From NCBI GenBank assembly GCA_051362555.1, contig CM120645.1:15872001-15936000 (forward strand): a stretch of 64,000 nt of DNA, read 5' to 3'. This document shows, in pieces, positions 28,063 to 42,000 of this stretch. How positions within the stretch are numbered: the stretch's first letter is position 1; each line of letters starts with the position of its first letter. The translations under genes and the position numbers were made by a program. The notes beneath the pieces are model-generated. The model was not told the origin of the DNA, did no database searches, and saw nothing but the letters and a program-made list of their open reading frames with translations. Origin of the DNA: Lingula anatina. Lineage: Eukaryota > Animalia > Brachiopoda.

Positions 28063-29157
28063 AGTTAACTTGAAAGAAATAAACATTAGTGAACAACGGT
28101 ACCTGTATTTCCCCGCTTTTCTTTGTATAGGAGAATATCGTTTATTATACCGAATTCCTAATATAAAGAATAAAAGCTAATTGGAAAAAGATAAATTTAT
28201 CGATAAGAATATATTCTAATTACTGGGTCATATTGAACGACGAAGCAGTGGAATAAGGCATTTGAGCCTGGAAGTCGAAATAAACCATTTGTATACTATT
28301 CTGTACTCAGTATTTCTGAGTAATTCTATTCACGGAAATGTATTATTGAATAATGAAATTGAATAATTGGACGTTTTCAATTACTCGCTTCAAGCGGCGT
28401 TCCAAACTCTCTAATGGTTATGCTAATTTGCCATTCAACCAATGCTAATTTTTTTCACGAATCATCGATTACGTAGACAAAATCCTTTAGCTATTAAGGG
28501 CATTGTGGTTAATTTAAATGTGAGAGTGGAAATACGCGTGAACACCAAATGAATAATTGAACTTAATTGCACATTGCGCAATAACAAGTAAAGAAAGTGG
28601 TCGATTTAGTATTCACTTGGCGTTATTTCATCCAAACCATTTCAACGCTTTTTCCTTTGCAGATATTAGTGATGATTCATTTACGAAGTGGCAACAAAAT
28701 CAAATAATTTCTCCATTTAGCCAAAGTCCTGGTCGGAGCAGTTTTCTTTAGAATAAAAAAACCGCTTTCTAATAGCTTTGCGGAGTACACAATTTACTGC
28801 AACCTTCCCGTTCCCAACGTAATCACTTCCCCTTGCTTATTTTACCCTCTTCCCGATCATGATGAAACCTTTAGCGGAGTGTGCCCCAGCTTGTTTCTCA
28901 TGTGTACTGCGTTCAATCACGTATCCAAACTTAAAAAAGACCTAAAAATTTAATCAGCGCAGACCAATTTAATGTCTATTCGCATATAAAGAATGCATCT
29001 TTTTTTTTTTTCAAATGACCTGTAAACCGACTGGAGTTTTATTAAGACCACTATTAGTGTAGCATAGCTTATTAAAGCTTAATTCATAATTAAGACCAAA
29101 ATATTGACCTTTTTGAAACAATAAAACAACATCACTCATTTCTTTTTCCCCTTCACC

Positions 29158-29163
29158 TTTATT
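29158..29163 (-). terminator. Candidate TBC1D30 polyA signal (implies ~2.7 kb 3' UTR)
   Basis: AATAAA on the minus strand followed ~20-45 nt downstream by a GU-rich element (gagtgatgttgttttattgtt). Confidence 0.4.
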
Positions 29164-31838
29164 ATAGACGTCTGTGTGGAATGCACAGCAATAAATGAGC
29201 ACAAGAATAAACATATACGGCCATGATAACAGATATTTGAATAAGCATAACAAAATAATTTCTTTATAATAAAGTGCAATTTAAAACATCTCACAACCAA
29301 GAAAGCAAGATGTATATAAAGATGTGCACTTGACCTTTTACTAAAATACCAGGATTGTCTTTTTAACAATATTTGATAATGATTTGGTATCGACCTGTGA
29401 TTTTTTTCAATCACCAATATTTTAAGTGGAGATATTTTACGGAGAATTTAAATTCAAACAAAGTGCATGCATTAATGCATGGAACAGATAAATTACCAAT
29501 ATTTTGGAAATCAAGATAGATATCCATTTCAAAAACTTTTTAACAGAAAAATACTGCATATCCGGTCCACCTCTGAATAAACCAAAAGGACCTCGGTCTA
29601 AAACACATCTAGACAGCAAAGCTGGCAAATATACAGGCACAAAAAATTACGATTAGATCTGCATGGGACATACCTTGCCAAAATACACGCAAAAAAGACT
29701 TTCTTATAAATAAACCAATCGTATTGATTACCTTTTTACCACAGAACGCCAGCAAGTATATCTAAAGTGAAACAAAAATACAGTTTGGCAGTTACATAGT
29801 GATTAATGGATGTGCCGGACACTACAGAAACGTCACGGACAGACACAGTGATCAGAATATATACAGCCACATACCGTGCCTGTATATCAAACCCCCTTCA
29901 AATATTCAGTGGAGTTCACTGAAAGTAAAGAACTGAATGAAAAAGAAAATTAACAAATAAAAAATAACATAGACAAACAACCCCGTGTATTTGCCCAACA
30001 AATAATACTGTCTTCAAATGATGAATCACAACCTACTTGAAGTCTATAAATGCACAGAAATTACGAGATTGTTTAACACATGTTCAGCTGTTTTGCCATT
30101 AATAAAAATCCCTTCTTGCATCATACAGTAGAATTTAGCGTCAATGTCTGTACCTTCCCACTTTGAGAGGTCGTAACATTTAAATACACCACAGGGCTTT
30201 TACTCTCTTTGACATGTTCTCCGGGTGGAAGTTGAGCCAAGTTAAGTGAGGGGGCTCTGTATAGGTGACCCTCTTACGTAATAACCAAACCAATAAATTG
30301 TCAATCTTCCAAAATGGAGAGTTTCCGACTGTATGACTAAAGTAAACTGCTTGATGAAGAAAGCACCATAGATGTAAATAAGTCAATATAAAGCTGTGTA
30401 TGCGCAAGTTGAATTTGTCCAAAACTGAAAGTCTCAGCTGTAAATGCCTGTGCTTATATCACTTATAACCAAATCAACACCCAAAGAGAAAGACTTAAAG
30501 TATAATATTGAAACTGAATAATGAAATGTAATAAATTATAGAGGGGAGACATTTTTAAATGATGCATTTTTAAAAATAATACTACAAAGAGCGCTGGTTG
30601 AGTCCAAATGCTACAGTTGAGACAGGAGAAATGTGTACAATTGTGTTAAATGTTCTCTACAGCATCTAGACCAAACGCAGCTGTCACAATAGAGCTAGAT
30701 TTCATAAGTGGCAAGAATGTGTCAGTTGGTAAACAAATGCAGCTTTTGATAGTTTCCTTCCAGTGAACACATAGCAACGACAAGCTACATGAACGGATTT
30801 CTAAAACAACAAAGAGAAATATACTAACAATAGGAAAATACTAAAAACCAATTACATAACTAAAATGCATATAAGCAACAAACTATTGATACTATAACAA
30901 ATAACAGACTTACACCAAATGTTTCCTTTGTGCTTACCATATTAACCCACTTAAACTAATCCCCTATATTTTGCCACTGTTTAGACTGTGTAGCTCAGTG
31001 TTGAAGAAACAAACTGCCATGTTAATGCTCAAGTTTTCAGATGGCATTTTATCTTATTTCATTTGTGAACATTGGATAGTATTTTACTCATGACTTCAAC
31101 TACAAATAAAACCATTCAATAACTGAAGATGAGAAACTGTTGAACAAAATGCATTTTTAGATTAGCTGATGTGAATGCAACATAATTTTGTTTTAAGAAT
31201 TCAATATTGTCCCTTCACTGGATTGAAAACAAAATTGAAAAATTCAAATACTGAAAGCTTTTTGGTTACTGCAGCTCATTTTAAAGCTCATCATATTGAT
31301 TACCTCATCAAAAGCTCATTAAAGCCACGTTTACGTGGAAACTGTTATAGGTATTTGCATAAAAAGCAGAATACTTGTAGGTTTGGAATGTTTCCAATGT
31401 TACAGTCATCAACTTTATATGAAGCATAACAATTTTGATTTTGCCATTTGCCGTGTGGGCACATTTTTGAAGGCGTTGATGTCTTAAGTCTGAATTGGGT
31501 TTTGTCATATACTTCTCATTTTAAGATATTTGCTTTAACTCCTTGCAGATATTTCTACAGTTGGGCCATGTCCAAAACCACTTTTTTTCTCTTTGCACAT
31601 CCTCTGTGTCTGACTGAACAGGATTTGCCTCTTACAAAATGCTAATCGTAAACCTTCAACTAACTCACCAATACAATCTCTCAAAAGAGAAAATAAAGCA
31701 TTCTCTTTCTTAATCATCTTTGCCCCTATCAACAGCATCAACAACCCTTTGGTACAACTTGTATCTTACTAATCCCTTTTACTCAGACTCCTCACACACT
31801 ATATCTTAGACAAACTTTTGCATCTTTGCTGTCATATT

Positions 31839-33092
31839 TCACCTTCTTGCTGACTTTGCTTCCTGTCTAACTCCAGCCATATATTGTCTGTGCAAGCAAG
31901 AGTTAATGTGGGACCTTCTAATACCAGTGAAAGTGGGGAGTTTTTTGGTTGGCACACTGACGGAAGTATCTTGAATCTCTTTTAACTTCTCAGCCGTGTA
32001 GAGACCCAGCTTAAGTCCATTCTGTGCTCTACTCTGATTCACATGCAGGGCATGCCTGTTGGGAAATGGGTTAAACACTTTGCTGGGACTAGTTGGGCTC
32101 CTCATGGGACTCTGTGGGGGTGACCCCACCTGACGAGCAGACTGTGCCAAGACAGGCCCATCTGGGGTTCCACCTGCTTTGATGCTTGGGGACTGGACTG
32201 CATTTTGTGTGCTACCATGCTGAACTGATTTTTGATTATCACCACTCGGCCCTGGCTGACAATGGGTATCAGAGTTCTGAGTTTCAAACTGGTTTTCACT
32301 ATGTGAAATGTCACCCCCACCTTCCTTTTGCCTTTGAAATTTTAAAGCTAGAGATAATAATGTTGGTTTTCCATTAGCTAGAACTGTATCTGTGTTACTG
32401 TTTTTACTGTGTAATGCAAAAGCTTCAGGGTTCTCTTCATTTAAGCTCTCTGCAGTATTGCACTGATTGCTGTCACTAATTTCATTATTTTTTTCTGTAT
32501 TGCTACTGATGGCCTTAACATCTGTAGGTAAAGTTTTACCAGTTCCATCCTTGGCTTCAACTTCAACCAAGTCTGTCACAGAAACATCTGATGCCGATTT
32601 GTCTTTTTTAGTATCCTCTTCGGAAACTAACTTTGTAAGTGTTTCTTGCTCTACATCTCTTTCATCTTCCCATTTTATCAAATCAGCAGAGCCAGAGTCT
32701 TTTGCATTGTGAACTGAAGATTCACCATTTAATGCAGTCCTTTCATTAAGAATTTCTTGATGAGCAGCAACCTCTTTTTCTTGGAGGTCTTGATGAATAG
32801 AATCTGCTTTTTCCGACCTGTCTTGGTGCTCAGCGCCATCTATGTCAGATTTGGACTCTGACTCAGCATTTTCCTGGAGTGCTTCGACTGTGGCACTGCT
32901 GGTGACTGTCTCTATACTGTCTTGCGACAGTGCACTTGTTAAACTGCTGGTTGAAGCTATACTAGCAGAACTGTGGGTGGATGTGGTACTCACATCACTT
33001 CGGACGCTGGCGCTCCTCTCTTTAAGGTAACGATCTTTGGGATTTCCACTGGTACTGGTTCTATGCCCTCTATCAGGAGGGTATTTTTGAAC
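31839..33092 (-). CDS. TBC1D30: TBC1D30 terminal coding exon: long acidic/Ser-rich disordered tail ending in VFNPFP...LGLY motif
   Basis: Acceptor tgttttAG at 33093, 1254 nt open to TGA; includes ORF 31839..32993. Confidence 0.88.
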   Translation of the reverse strand, partial: VQKYPPDRGHRTSTSGNPKDRYLKERSASVRSDVSTTSTHSSASIASTSSLTSALSQDSIETVTSSATVEALQENAESESKSDIDGAEHQDRSEKADSIHQDLQEKEVAAHQEILNERTALNGESSVHNAKDSGSADLIKWEDERDVEQETLTKLVSEEDTKKDKSASDVSVTDLVEVEAKDGTGKTLPTDVKAISSNTEKNNEISDSNQCNTAESLNEENPEAFALHSKNSNTDTVLANGKPTLLSLALKFQRQKEGGGDISHSENQFETQNSDTHCQPGPSGDNQKSVQHGSTQNAVQSPSIKAGGTPDGPVLAQSARQVGSPPQSPMRSPTSPSKVFNPFPNRHALHVNQSRAQNGLKLGLYTAEKLKEIQDTSVSVPTKKLPTFTGIRRSHINSCLHRQYMAGVRQEAKSARR

Positions 33093-36000
33093 CTAAAACA
33101 AAGAATGTCAACATATTATTCATAGTTAATTCTGAGTGAAAATGTGTTCTGTTACTAGTCTGTTTCCTTCAGTAAATCGCAGAGCATCATAAGAATTACT
33201 CAATCATGATTTCAAAAAACAAAACTAATCTTTTCTCATAACTTGAATGAACAAAGCTGAAATGGAAGTACCATTCCATCTAAAATTACTAATCAAGAGC
33301 ACATTAATTACTGCTTCATGTTGGGCCATCCAAACTAGTTAAACCAATGAGAACAGTTCCTCTTTTTTAAACACCCATTTTATTATGCTTTATAATAAAT
33401 TTTCTGTTTATTGTCACCACAGAACATATATAAACACAGCACAATGAAAAATGAACCCAAAGGAAGCCAAATTCAAAGCAATTGGCTCACATCAACATAG
33501 TAGCAGTGGGTGGGACAAAACGAGAATAGATTGGCTACCAAAGGTGGGCTAATCATAAACTTGCTATCATGAACCTATTGACTGGAAACATAGCTTCTGA
33601 AAAGCTAGATAGTGCCGATGTTTTCAAAATACACTGCTTTTAAATAAATAAATAAATTCATTAAAAACTTTTTTTTAATCACCTGTTGTTGCACCTCTGT
33701 GCTAGTAATAGGCAGTGGTGCTATTCTTGGCCCAGTGGTAACATGGCGGTTCTTGCCACGACTGGAGGCCCCATTCTTCCCCAGAAACAGGTGGTTGATG
33801 GCCACTGGGGACTCAATCTTTGGCACTAGGGTGGACTTTGTCCTTTCATGGTGTCTGGCATTGGCAGCTGGAATGACCAAAGAACTTTACTGTGGGCAAA
33901 CAGACGTTAAGAAAATCTATACTGTACTCTATAATGCATTACCACGAATATCCTAGCTAGCTGTTTGCTACCAACCTCTCCACATTGAAATCCACTTTAA
34001 CATTCAATTTGTTATTTCAAACCTACCCCCTCCGTTAGAAACAAGAGGAGGCGAATTATACAGGTCTATATGTACTGCGATAAAGGATAAAATATTATGC
34101 ACGAAGATTATTTGCAAGTTAATCGGTAACCAAGAGAGTTTTTTTTTCACAATATACTCAGTGACATGTACATTACTATTATAGTTAATTTTGTGCATAT
34201 TTCCATACTGTGCAAGAAATAAGAAAGAAAGAAAAAGTCTGTACTGTGAGGCACTAACCCAAAGCAATCACCCACCCAAAAAAGGCATTCGGTTTCTATA
34301 AAAGTTTAAATTTTATACAACACTAACCCACTTTAAAGCCCCAACTACCCAAAGGGCTTGTAGCATTAAAAGTTTTTGACACAGATTGCACATGGATCTT
34401 TTCTAACCATTTTAATACAGTTTAAAAACTGTGTATTGTTGGCTGTCTCATGGTGAGCCTATTCACTATCTATTCATTTCTTTACAAGCATACACTTTGT
34501 TTGTCTAAATGTCTACTTAATGTACATGATTGTATCCATCCCCTACTTCTCTCTCTATAAAGATTACACTTTGATCTTAAATTGGTTTCACTTCCTACAC
34601 ATAGCGCAGCAGATGTAATTCAAAGCTCTCCCGCATGGCAACAAGTATTTTTAATAAAATGTCTCATAAAATTTTGATCAACTCTTCCGCCCACATGACA
34701 GACTTCCGAGAATCCAAATTTCATACTGGTAGAGGACAAAGCTGACAATGCAGAGGCACAGCTCATTTCACTCTGTTGGTATGTAACCCGATTTCTTTAT
34801 AGAAAGTAGCTCCTCAGCTGTGTTTAGATTATACACAATCCTTTTCAGTCAAAATAATATTTAGCATTTCATATATCATCATAATACATAAAAGTTGACT
34901 TGACAATGACTTTTTTGTAAACTTTTTTTGTAAAATTAATTTTATTTCAATTTTTGAGTATATGGTGTATCTTGCTATGGATATACCTCCTGTATGCAAT
35001 GACTCAATCTTTTCGATAACCAAAAATGAACAATCTGTCAAACACATAATTCTGGGATAATAAAAACTATACTTCTATATAGCATTTTGTGGTATTTTGA
35101 TGCACAGAAAAGAACTGTAAGGTAGCCTGCTTTTCCATTTTGTTGCTCCCACTCAATAGGAATGTTCTCATTTTAAGATATAGTTTTTGTATAAAATTCA
35201 CATTTGCCCCATTGAAAAAATCAAGCCATAACCAGACTAAATTAGTATCTTAATGAATTTGCTGTGTATTTTTCTTACCAAACTAATATTGGTACAATGT
35301 GCATCTAAATTGCAACACGCCTTAACCCTGCTCTGCAGCAACTATGAATACAAAATGCCATATTCAGACAAAAGTTCTGTTGAAAAACTGAGAAAGTCGA
35401 ATATAACCTTGAAGCATAATATGGGCCTGCCTTTGCCTTTGAAGAAGCTTCTGATACTGTTTCTGTAGTGCACCAAGGTCTGTTGTCATCCTCTCTGTGT
35501 AGGCAGTGTTCTTCACCTGCATAGAGGCATTCTCTGGGTTGGCACCAAATGCTCCTGGTCCGACACTGCTGATGTCAAAGGTCAAACTCGGGGTCACTCC
35601 AAGGTCACCTGATGAAAGGTCAAGTTCAACATAATGTCATTCATAGGCAAAATGTAATTTTGAAAAGAGATGAACAATGAGATGAAGTGGCAATTATTTT
35701 TGAAACAGGAAATAAAATCCACCACATAAAATGACTTAAATTTCAAGTTAAACACTCTCAATACATGTGGATATATTTGATCCTACATGTAAGCGAACAA
35801 ACATTTCCAACAAAGAAGGTTAGTCTTTTTGCATTTAGTAACAAAAAAGTATAAACATATGCCGAGAAACATAAAGGTGTCTTGATATATTCCATATCTG
35901 TGAATGATTCACTAATACACACATTTCACATATTATCGACTTCAAGTGCATTACACTAAGCATATCTAGCAAGCATCTGTATGTGTCATATGATGTAAAA

Positions 36001-39000
36001 TGCATGATTTATTCACACATTGTAATGTAGCCAGTTATCTTTCTTAAAAACAGGCAGCACTTGGTGACCCTGAACAGAAAAGATTCACTACCTAGACTGA
36101 TTACTTAGTAACTACTTGGTCAGAAACTCTTGGCTGATATAAGTGGAGATATATATCATTAAACGATTTATTTATGCTCAACAAAAGATGACAAAACAAC
36201 TGAACATTTTACAAAATCATGGAAAAAAATCATTCCTTATGAGACCAAACCTGTTTTTTTCTTTGACCCTTAATCATCTCTTCTTCTAAAACTGTTTGCT
36301 TTTTTATCACTTTTATACCAGTGACAATGAAAAACCTATTTCACAGATATTATCTAGAATTTCAAACTTGATCTTCCAGTAACCAATCCCATTTTGAGAA
36401 CAATGTGTATTGGCTAATAACAACCAGTCTTCACTATCATATTTGACATACAAACTTTACCTTTACTAGGAGACCCTTGAGGATTAAATAGCCCAAAGGC
36501 AGAGAAGCAATTTATATTCTCAAAATCCTCCTCCTCAATTTCATCGTCATCGCTGAATATGTGGGCAGAGCTCCGTGTCTTTGCACCCAGACGTCCTGCA
36601 TTCATCGCAGCTTGGAAAGGCGTTATATTAAACTCGTACTTCTCTCTCAGCTCAGTGAGACGTGGAAGTGGAAAGGGCGCCATGGCATATATTTTCTGAA
36701 ATATTAATATCATGAATAAAATATCTATGTAGGTCTCGTAGCATTTTACCTTCAACTGCAGCCAGTTGAAAAGTGTGGTTTACCTTTTGCGCAATGTGGT
36801 ATAAATATTTTATATTTGTGAGTGCAGACATTCTCCTGTGCAATATGTATGAGCTGGAGGATAGCATGCCATTTTGGCTTTTGAAAAGGAGAGGGGGGGG
36901 GTCACATAACTATCCATATGGCCTCAAGGCTTTGCCCTTTCAAATTTAATTGCTCAGATAAGGTTTGTAAGACATTTTTTTTTTATCTGGATGCCTGTAA
37001 CATTTTTTCTCTGGATGCCTGTAATTGTAAATCATGTCAAGACCCTAATTAGTGCCGTATCACCAAAATACATGATCATTAAAGTCCACTTATTTTCCTG
37101 CTAATTCTTTTCAATTTCTGATAAAAATGACATGACCTAGCTGAAATCAGTAATAATTAAATTATGTGTCAGGCAGATTAAAATTACAGATGTTTGTGCA
37201 AAATATTTATCCACTAAGATCCAATGAAATTTCACAGCACACCATATCATGCTACTGCCACTGGCTCATAAAAACTAAATATCTTTTGTAATTGCCATGT
37301 GGTGTCAATATTAATTGAAATTCAAAGAAAAAAGAAGCCAGAATACAGCTTTTCAGAGTCCCACATGTTATTTCTTAGAAATTGGAATTAATCATTCTTC
37401 ATTATGTTTGCATACAAATTCCAGTCACCCTTATAATCTATCATAATACATACGTGTCATGGCCTCATTAAGGATCTTATTCAAAAATCAGAATTTGAAG
37501 TTCAACTTGTTTATTTTTAAATCTACTTGGAATTATAAGTAAACATAATTTTAAAAAGGTCAAGAGAAAGCAAGTATATATATCCAATGGCATAATTTCT
37601 AGTGTGTCTTTGATCTTTGCTATCATTTGGTACGACTGGTGGAGGCTCCTGGTGGAAGATGAACCAGTGGAGACATCTATTGACTGTGTTATAACTTACC
37701 TTTATCAAGGAGTCAGGATCTATGAGATCTGTGTCCAGCATTTCAGAAGTCAGAGATGCCATCATCTGGTAAAACTCATCAGCACTTTGAACTGTCATAA
37801 TTCGTCTGTTAATTGAATAAATATAAATATCAAAATGCTATTAACATTTAAATGTTATATATAATTTAACCTCTTTAAAGTATCTAACCAAATGTTTTTA
37901 TATTTAAGAGTAAATTTACACATTAAAAATTTGCAAAAAGTCAATTTTTCACTTCAATATTATCAAACAGGCTTGATATTTTGTTTAACTGTTGCTGACT
38001 TAAACTTAATCTGAAACTTCAAATCAACTTTTCCCCTAATAGACGAAATTTCCTATAGGACATCCTATAGGACTCCATGGGACTCTATAAGAATTCTACT
38101 GAATGTCCTATAGGATTAATATCTAGGACATATCTCTCATAGGACCTATTGGATTTTGGGTCAATGTCCTATAGGATGCCCCACTGGACTGTCTGCTAGG
38201 TCTATACAAAGACTTAATATAATTACTTACTTAGCCAGTTTAGCCCATATCCCCAGTCCAGTCCTCAGCAACACCTCGGACCCCTCCAATAACACGCTGT
38301 CCCACACCCTGAGGACCGTGGTCTTGGGCAGGCAGGTGGCAAACAGGGTGAGAAACCACTGCATGGTGAACACGTTGGTCAGTGGGGGCTCGTAATTAGC
38401 ACCTGCAAGGGTATATTGATTTTGTTGTCTGAGCACAGTTTCAAACATCTACCTAGAGAATTATCTTATGGAGAGAATATGAAAGAAATATCTTATTCCA
38501 TACTTAGATGTTTCTTTGATATAGTGGGACTCACACTAGCTTTATTTCATGTCTGAGACAAATTTTGTAATATCAGGATATTTGTGTTTCTTGGCAAATT
38601 ATTAAAATAAGTGAAATTCAAATTAATACATCAAAATAAACAAAGTGGTGTTATAAAGTCTTATTTTAATGTAAATAATCTTGTATAACTCTGGATAAAA
38701 AGTTGCCCACAGTGAAGTACTGAAACAAATTATCATGCCTACACCAACTGGGTTTTTAAATTTTCTTTTTACATCAAATAGCCAATAAATACCACAGAGT
38801 TTTGTGACACCCTATCTCTCCAAGGACAATATGTGGTTTACCAACTCCATTTGCAAATGTCAAAAATCTGAACAAAAATGATATGTTTTGCCTGTGGTTT
38901 ACCATTTTGCGGTTTGTGTAGGAGTTCACCTTATCAATTCTATAATCATCTAACATATCTGACAAAAATATCTGTGTGGAAGTCAATCTCATGGCACCTT

Positions 39001-42000
39001 TTCTTTTTTTAAAAGCTCTGAATGGAAATGATCATTCTTTAAAATGTCTCACTGCGAACACACAACTAATGTCAACACAATAGTTTTCTTTTTGGAAGAT
39101 CAAAGAACATCCATCAGATCCAAAGACCAGTTTAGACTTAATCATTGCATAAGTGCTTGCTGGCATAGTGAACTGATTCTGAAGGGTTTGAAACTCCGGA
39201 TAATTGTTACAAGGCAGTTCCAGAATGCTTTATTTTAACACTGGAATCAGTGATTTTGTACACAAGTTAATCTAATGATACAACAATCTTTACCATCAAA
39301 TTTCACACCAATGTATCCAACTATCTTCTCTCTGTAACTTAGTCATTAAAACTCGACATGTTTGGGCCATAACACAATGCTTGGGAAAATTTATAAATAA
39401 AAGAAAATTAAATTAAAAAAAAAAAATAAAGAATACTAATTTCTTCTAGCTTGGTAATCCTTTCATCATACAATTTCTTCTGTCATTCTAACTCAAGCAT
39501 AACATAAAAGTTAGAACAATAATTTTGTCATTTCAGACAAATAAAACAATAATCTTTATCTTTCACTTTTGAGATCAATTACCAGGAAGAAGTATATATG
39601 CCATTACTAAGCTAATTTGGATCGTGCCCACCCATATGTATTCAATAATGTTGTTGTTCTAAATTTCAAACCTCATCATAGCATATTTCCCATACAATCA
39701 ACTACTAAATCATAGAACTGCAAGGGGATTATTTCTTATTCCCCACAGAGAATCATCTAAGTGTAAACATTTCCACAGTCAATGCATCTTTTTTTCTCAC
39801 AGAATGAAATACCATATTGACTGAGTGTGGAAAAGGGCGCATGCATGAGATCAGAAAGGCTAACCCTGGTATTTCATAGCTTTACCAAAAAAGTCATCAA
39901 AGGTAATGAAAACTATGAGATATAAGAATTAGGTTTGCGGCAACATCATGCAACTAATAGTACAAAGAAGCATTCCAATACACAATTAATTAATGTTCAC
40001 AATCAGAAGCAAGCTGGCAAAGAAAAAGCAAAATGATGAGAGAACAAGGAACACTCCTGATCAGACAAGAAACAAAGGCATGAATCTAATCCTTTTCAAG
40101 GAAACAATTATGACACTGCCAAGAAAGTGAGGCTTGGCAGCCCACCATGCTTTGAGGAGGACTGCACAAGTGCAAGTGAACATTTGGGTGACATCAGTCC
40201 AGATAAATCCTATCTTTCTATAGAAGGTATGAGAAAATTCCAAACTATAATAGCTTGTATAGATAAACACCCCACGTCGATTGATAACATTTTTGGTCAT
40301 GTCCGAAGCAAATCGAAGTATCCAACACAAACAACTGGATATAAAATCAGCAATCTTAGTTTTGACTATCGCACTAAATGAAGTGGATATATTGTAGAAG
40401 GAGAATGAACAATTGAAAGAGAGAATCAAAGCTACTGAAAACATATGAAGTATTAACACTGAACGCCATAAGGGCGAGGATGAGGACTTGTTAGAGATGG
40501 AATCAGGCAGCATGAGAGCCAATCTCCTGATTTTACAATATTGAGGAAAAACAAATTGACATGCCTACAGAAAGGGAGAATGCATTTCATGACTAAGTCT
40601 TTCTAGAATCAAACCTCTCTTAATTTCCTAACCCAAGACACTCAGTGTATAATGTACCCATGCACAGAATTGGACCACAGAAAAAAACAGAGAAAAATAA
40701 GACCCATTATTGCTAAATCCAACCCTTAAATAGGTAAAATGCTTGTGATGAAAAGCATGTACAGGTTTAGAGATAAGAAAAATTTAGTCAGCCTCCATTA
40801 TTGTATTTCAGAACAATTTCCACATGAAATCGGGTGATGATGCAAAGAGTTGTACCCAGTCTTGAAGAAAGCCAAGGCCACATGGGACAAAACTGCCAAA
40901 TTGATAGCAGACAATCTTAAAGTAGGAATGAACAGAACACAAAGAATAATCAAAGACCCTAGTGAGATACATGTCCCCAGGGTTGCCACCTTTGGATATT
41001 TCTCATGTACTCCATTCTTTTCATGAAGAAATATTGGAGTAGATATGCTATGAGTCGCAAATTGCGTACAGTTGAGGTGATCTGCCTTCAGCAGTGCTAG
41101 CCAATGTGAAAAGACATGCAATGGATCAAGTAGTTAAGTCTTTTTTTCATCAGATTTATATTTTGTCCTATGAATCGTTATGCAGATGCAATGACTGACA
41201 TTCGAGGATAAGTATACCAAAAATGACAAGTCAACTTGTGAAAATCAATTCAAATCTGGGTGTTCTTGTCAGTGTCATAGTGGTGGACCTTGTCATTAAT
41301 GCCACACTCTACTCATGTATCAGTACATGTATCACCCATCAACACTGCATGCCAACAAACAGCCACCATAAATGTTATGAAGAGATGGGAGGAACACATA
41401 GGGGTTGATAATGGAAGGGCGTTTAAAAAACTGATCATGATGCATTAAAAAAAAAATGGAATCTTTCTGGCACTACATTAATGCATTAGCTTGATTTGAA
41501 TTCACTCAGATCCAAAAAACAAGCAGAGCAACTTAAACAGAATTTTTGCTTTAATTTGAAAATGCATTTGTTGGGCATGGGGAAAGATAAGGAGGCATAG
41601 TTCTGAAATGTGGGAGTTTGTGGTAAAATCCAATATGTCTCCTTACCAGTGCAGTCTTTGGCAGCAGCTTGTAGATAGTCCAGGTGGCGCGACAGGCCAG
41701 GGAGTTTCATGCGTAAAAGGTCGCGAAACACCGCCATGTCCACGGACAAGGAACGAAGGTTGTTGGCAAAGTAACTTGTTGGAAGAACGTGGTCTATCAA
41801 GTAGATCATCACCTAAAACAAATAAGAAAAATTTTCATTTTGTGACCTGCATATCTTAACAACTTGATTCTGTACTTAACTAAAGTACTAAATGTGCAGT
41901 GCATTGTGTGTTCAGTAATATTGATTACAGATGGTTTTTCGGATGCACGAGGCATAAAGCAAACATCATCCAAATCAGATGAGTTGTGATATCAAAGCAT

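Noticed and set aside
32186-33030. Plus-strand ORFs opposite the TBC1D30 last exon
   Set aside because: Antisense shadows of the real coding exon.
33868-33889. Alternative upstream acceptor for the 33683 exon
   Set aside because: Incompatible with the phase-1 donor and has an in-frame TAA; the acceptor at 33868 fits.
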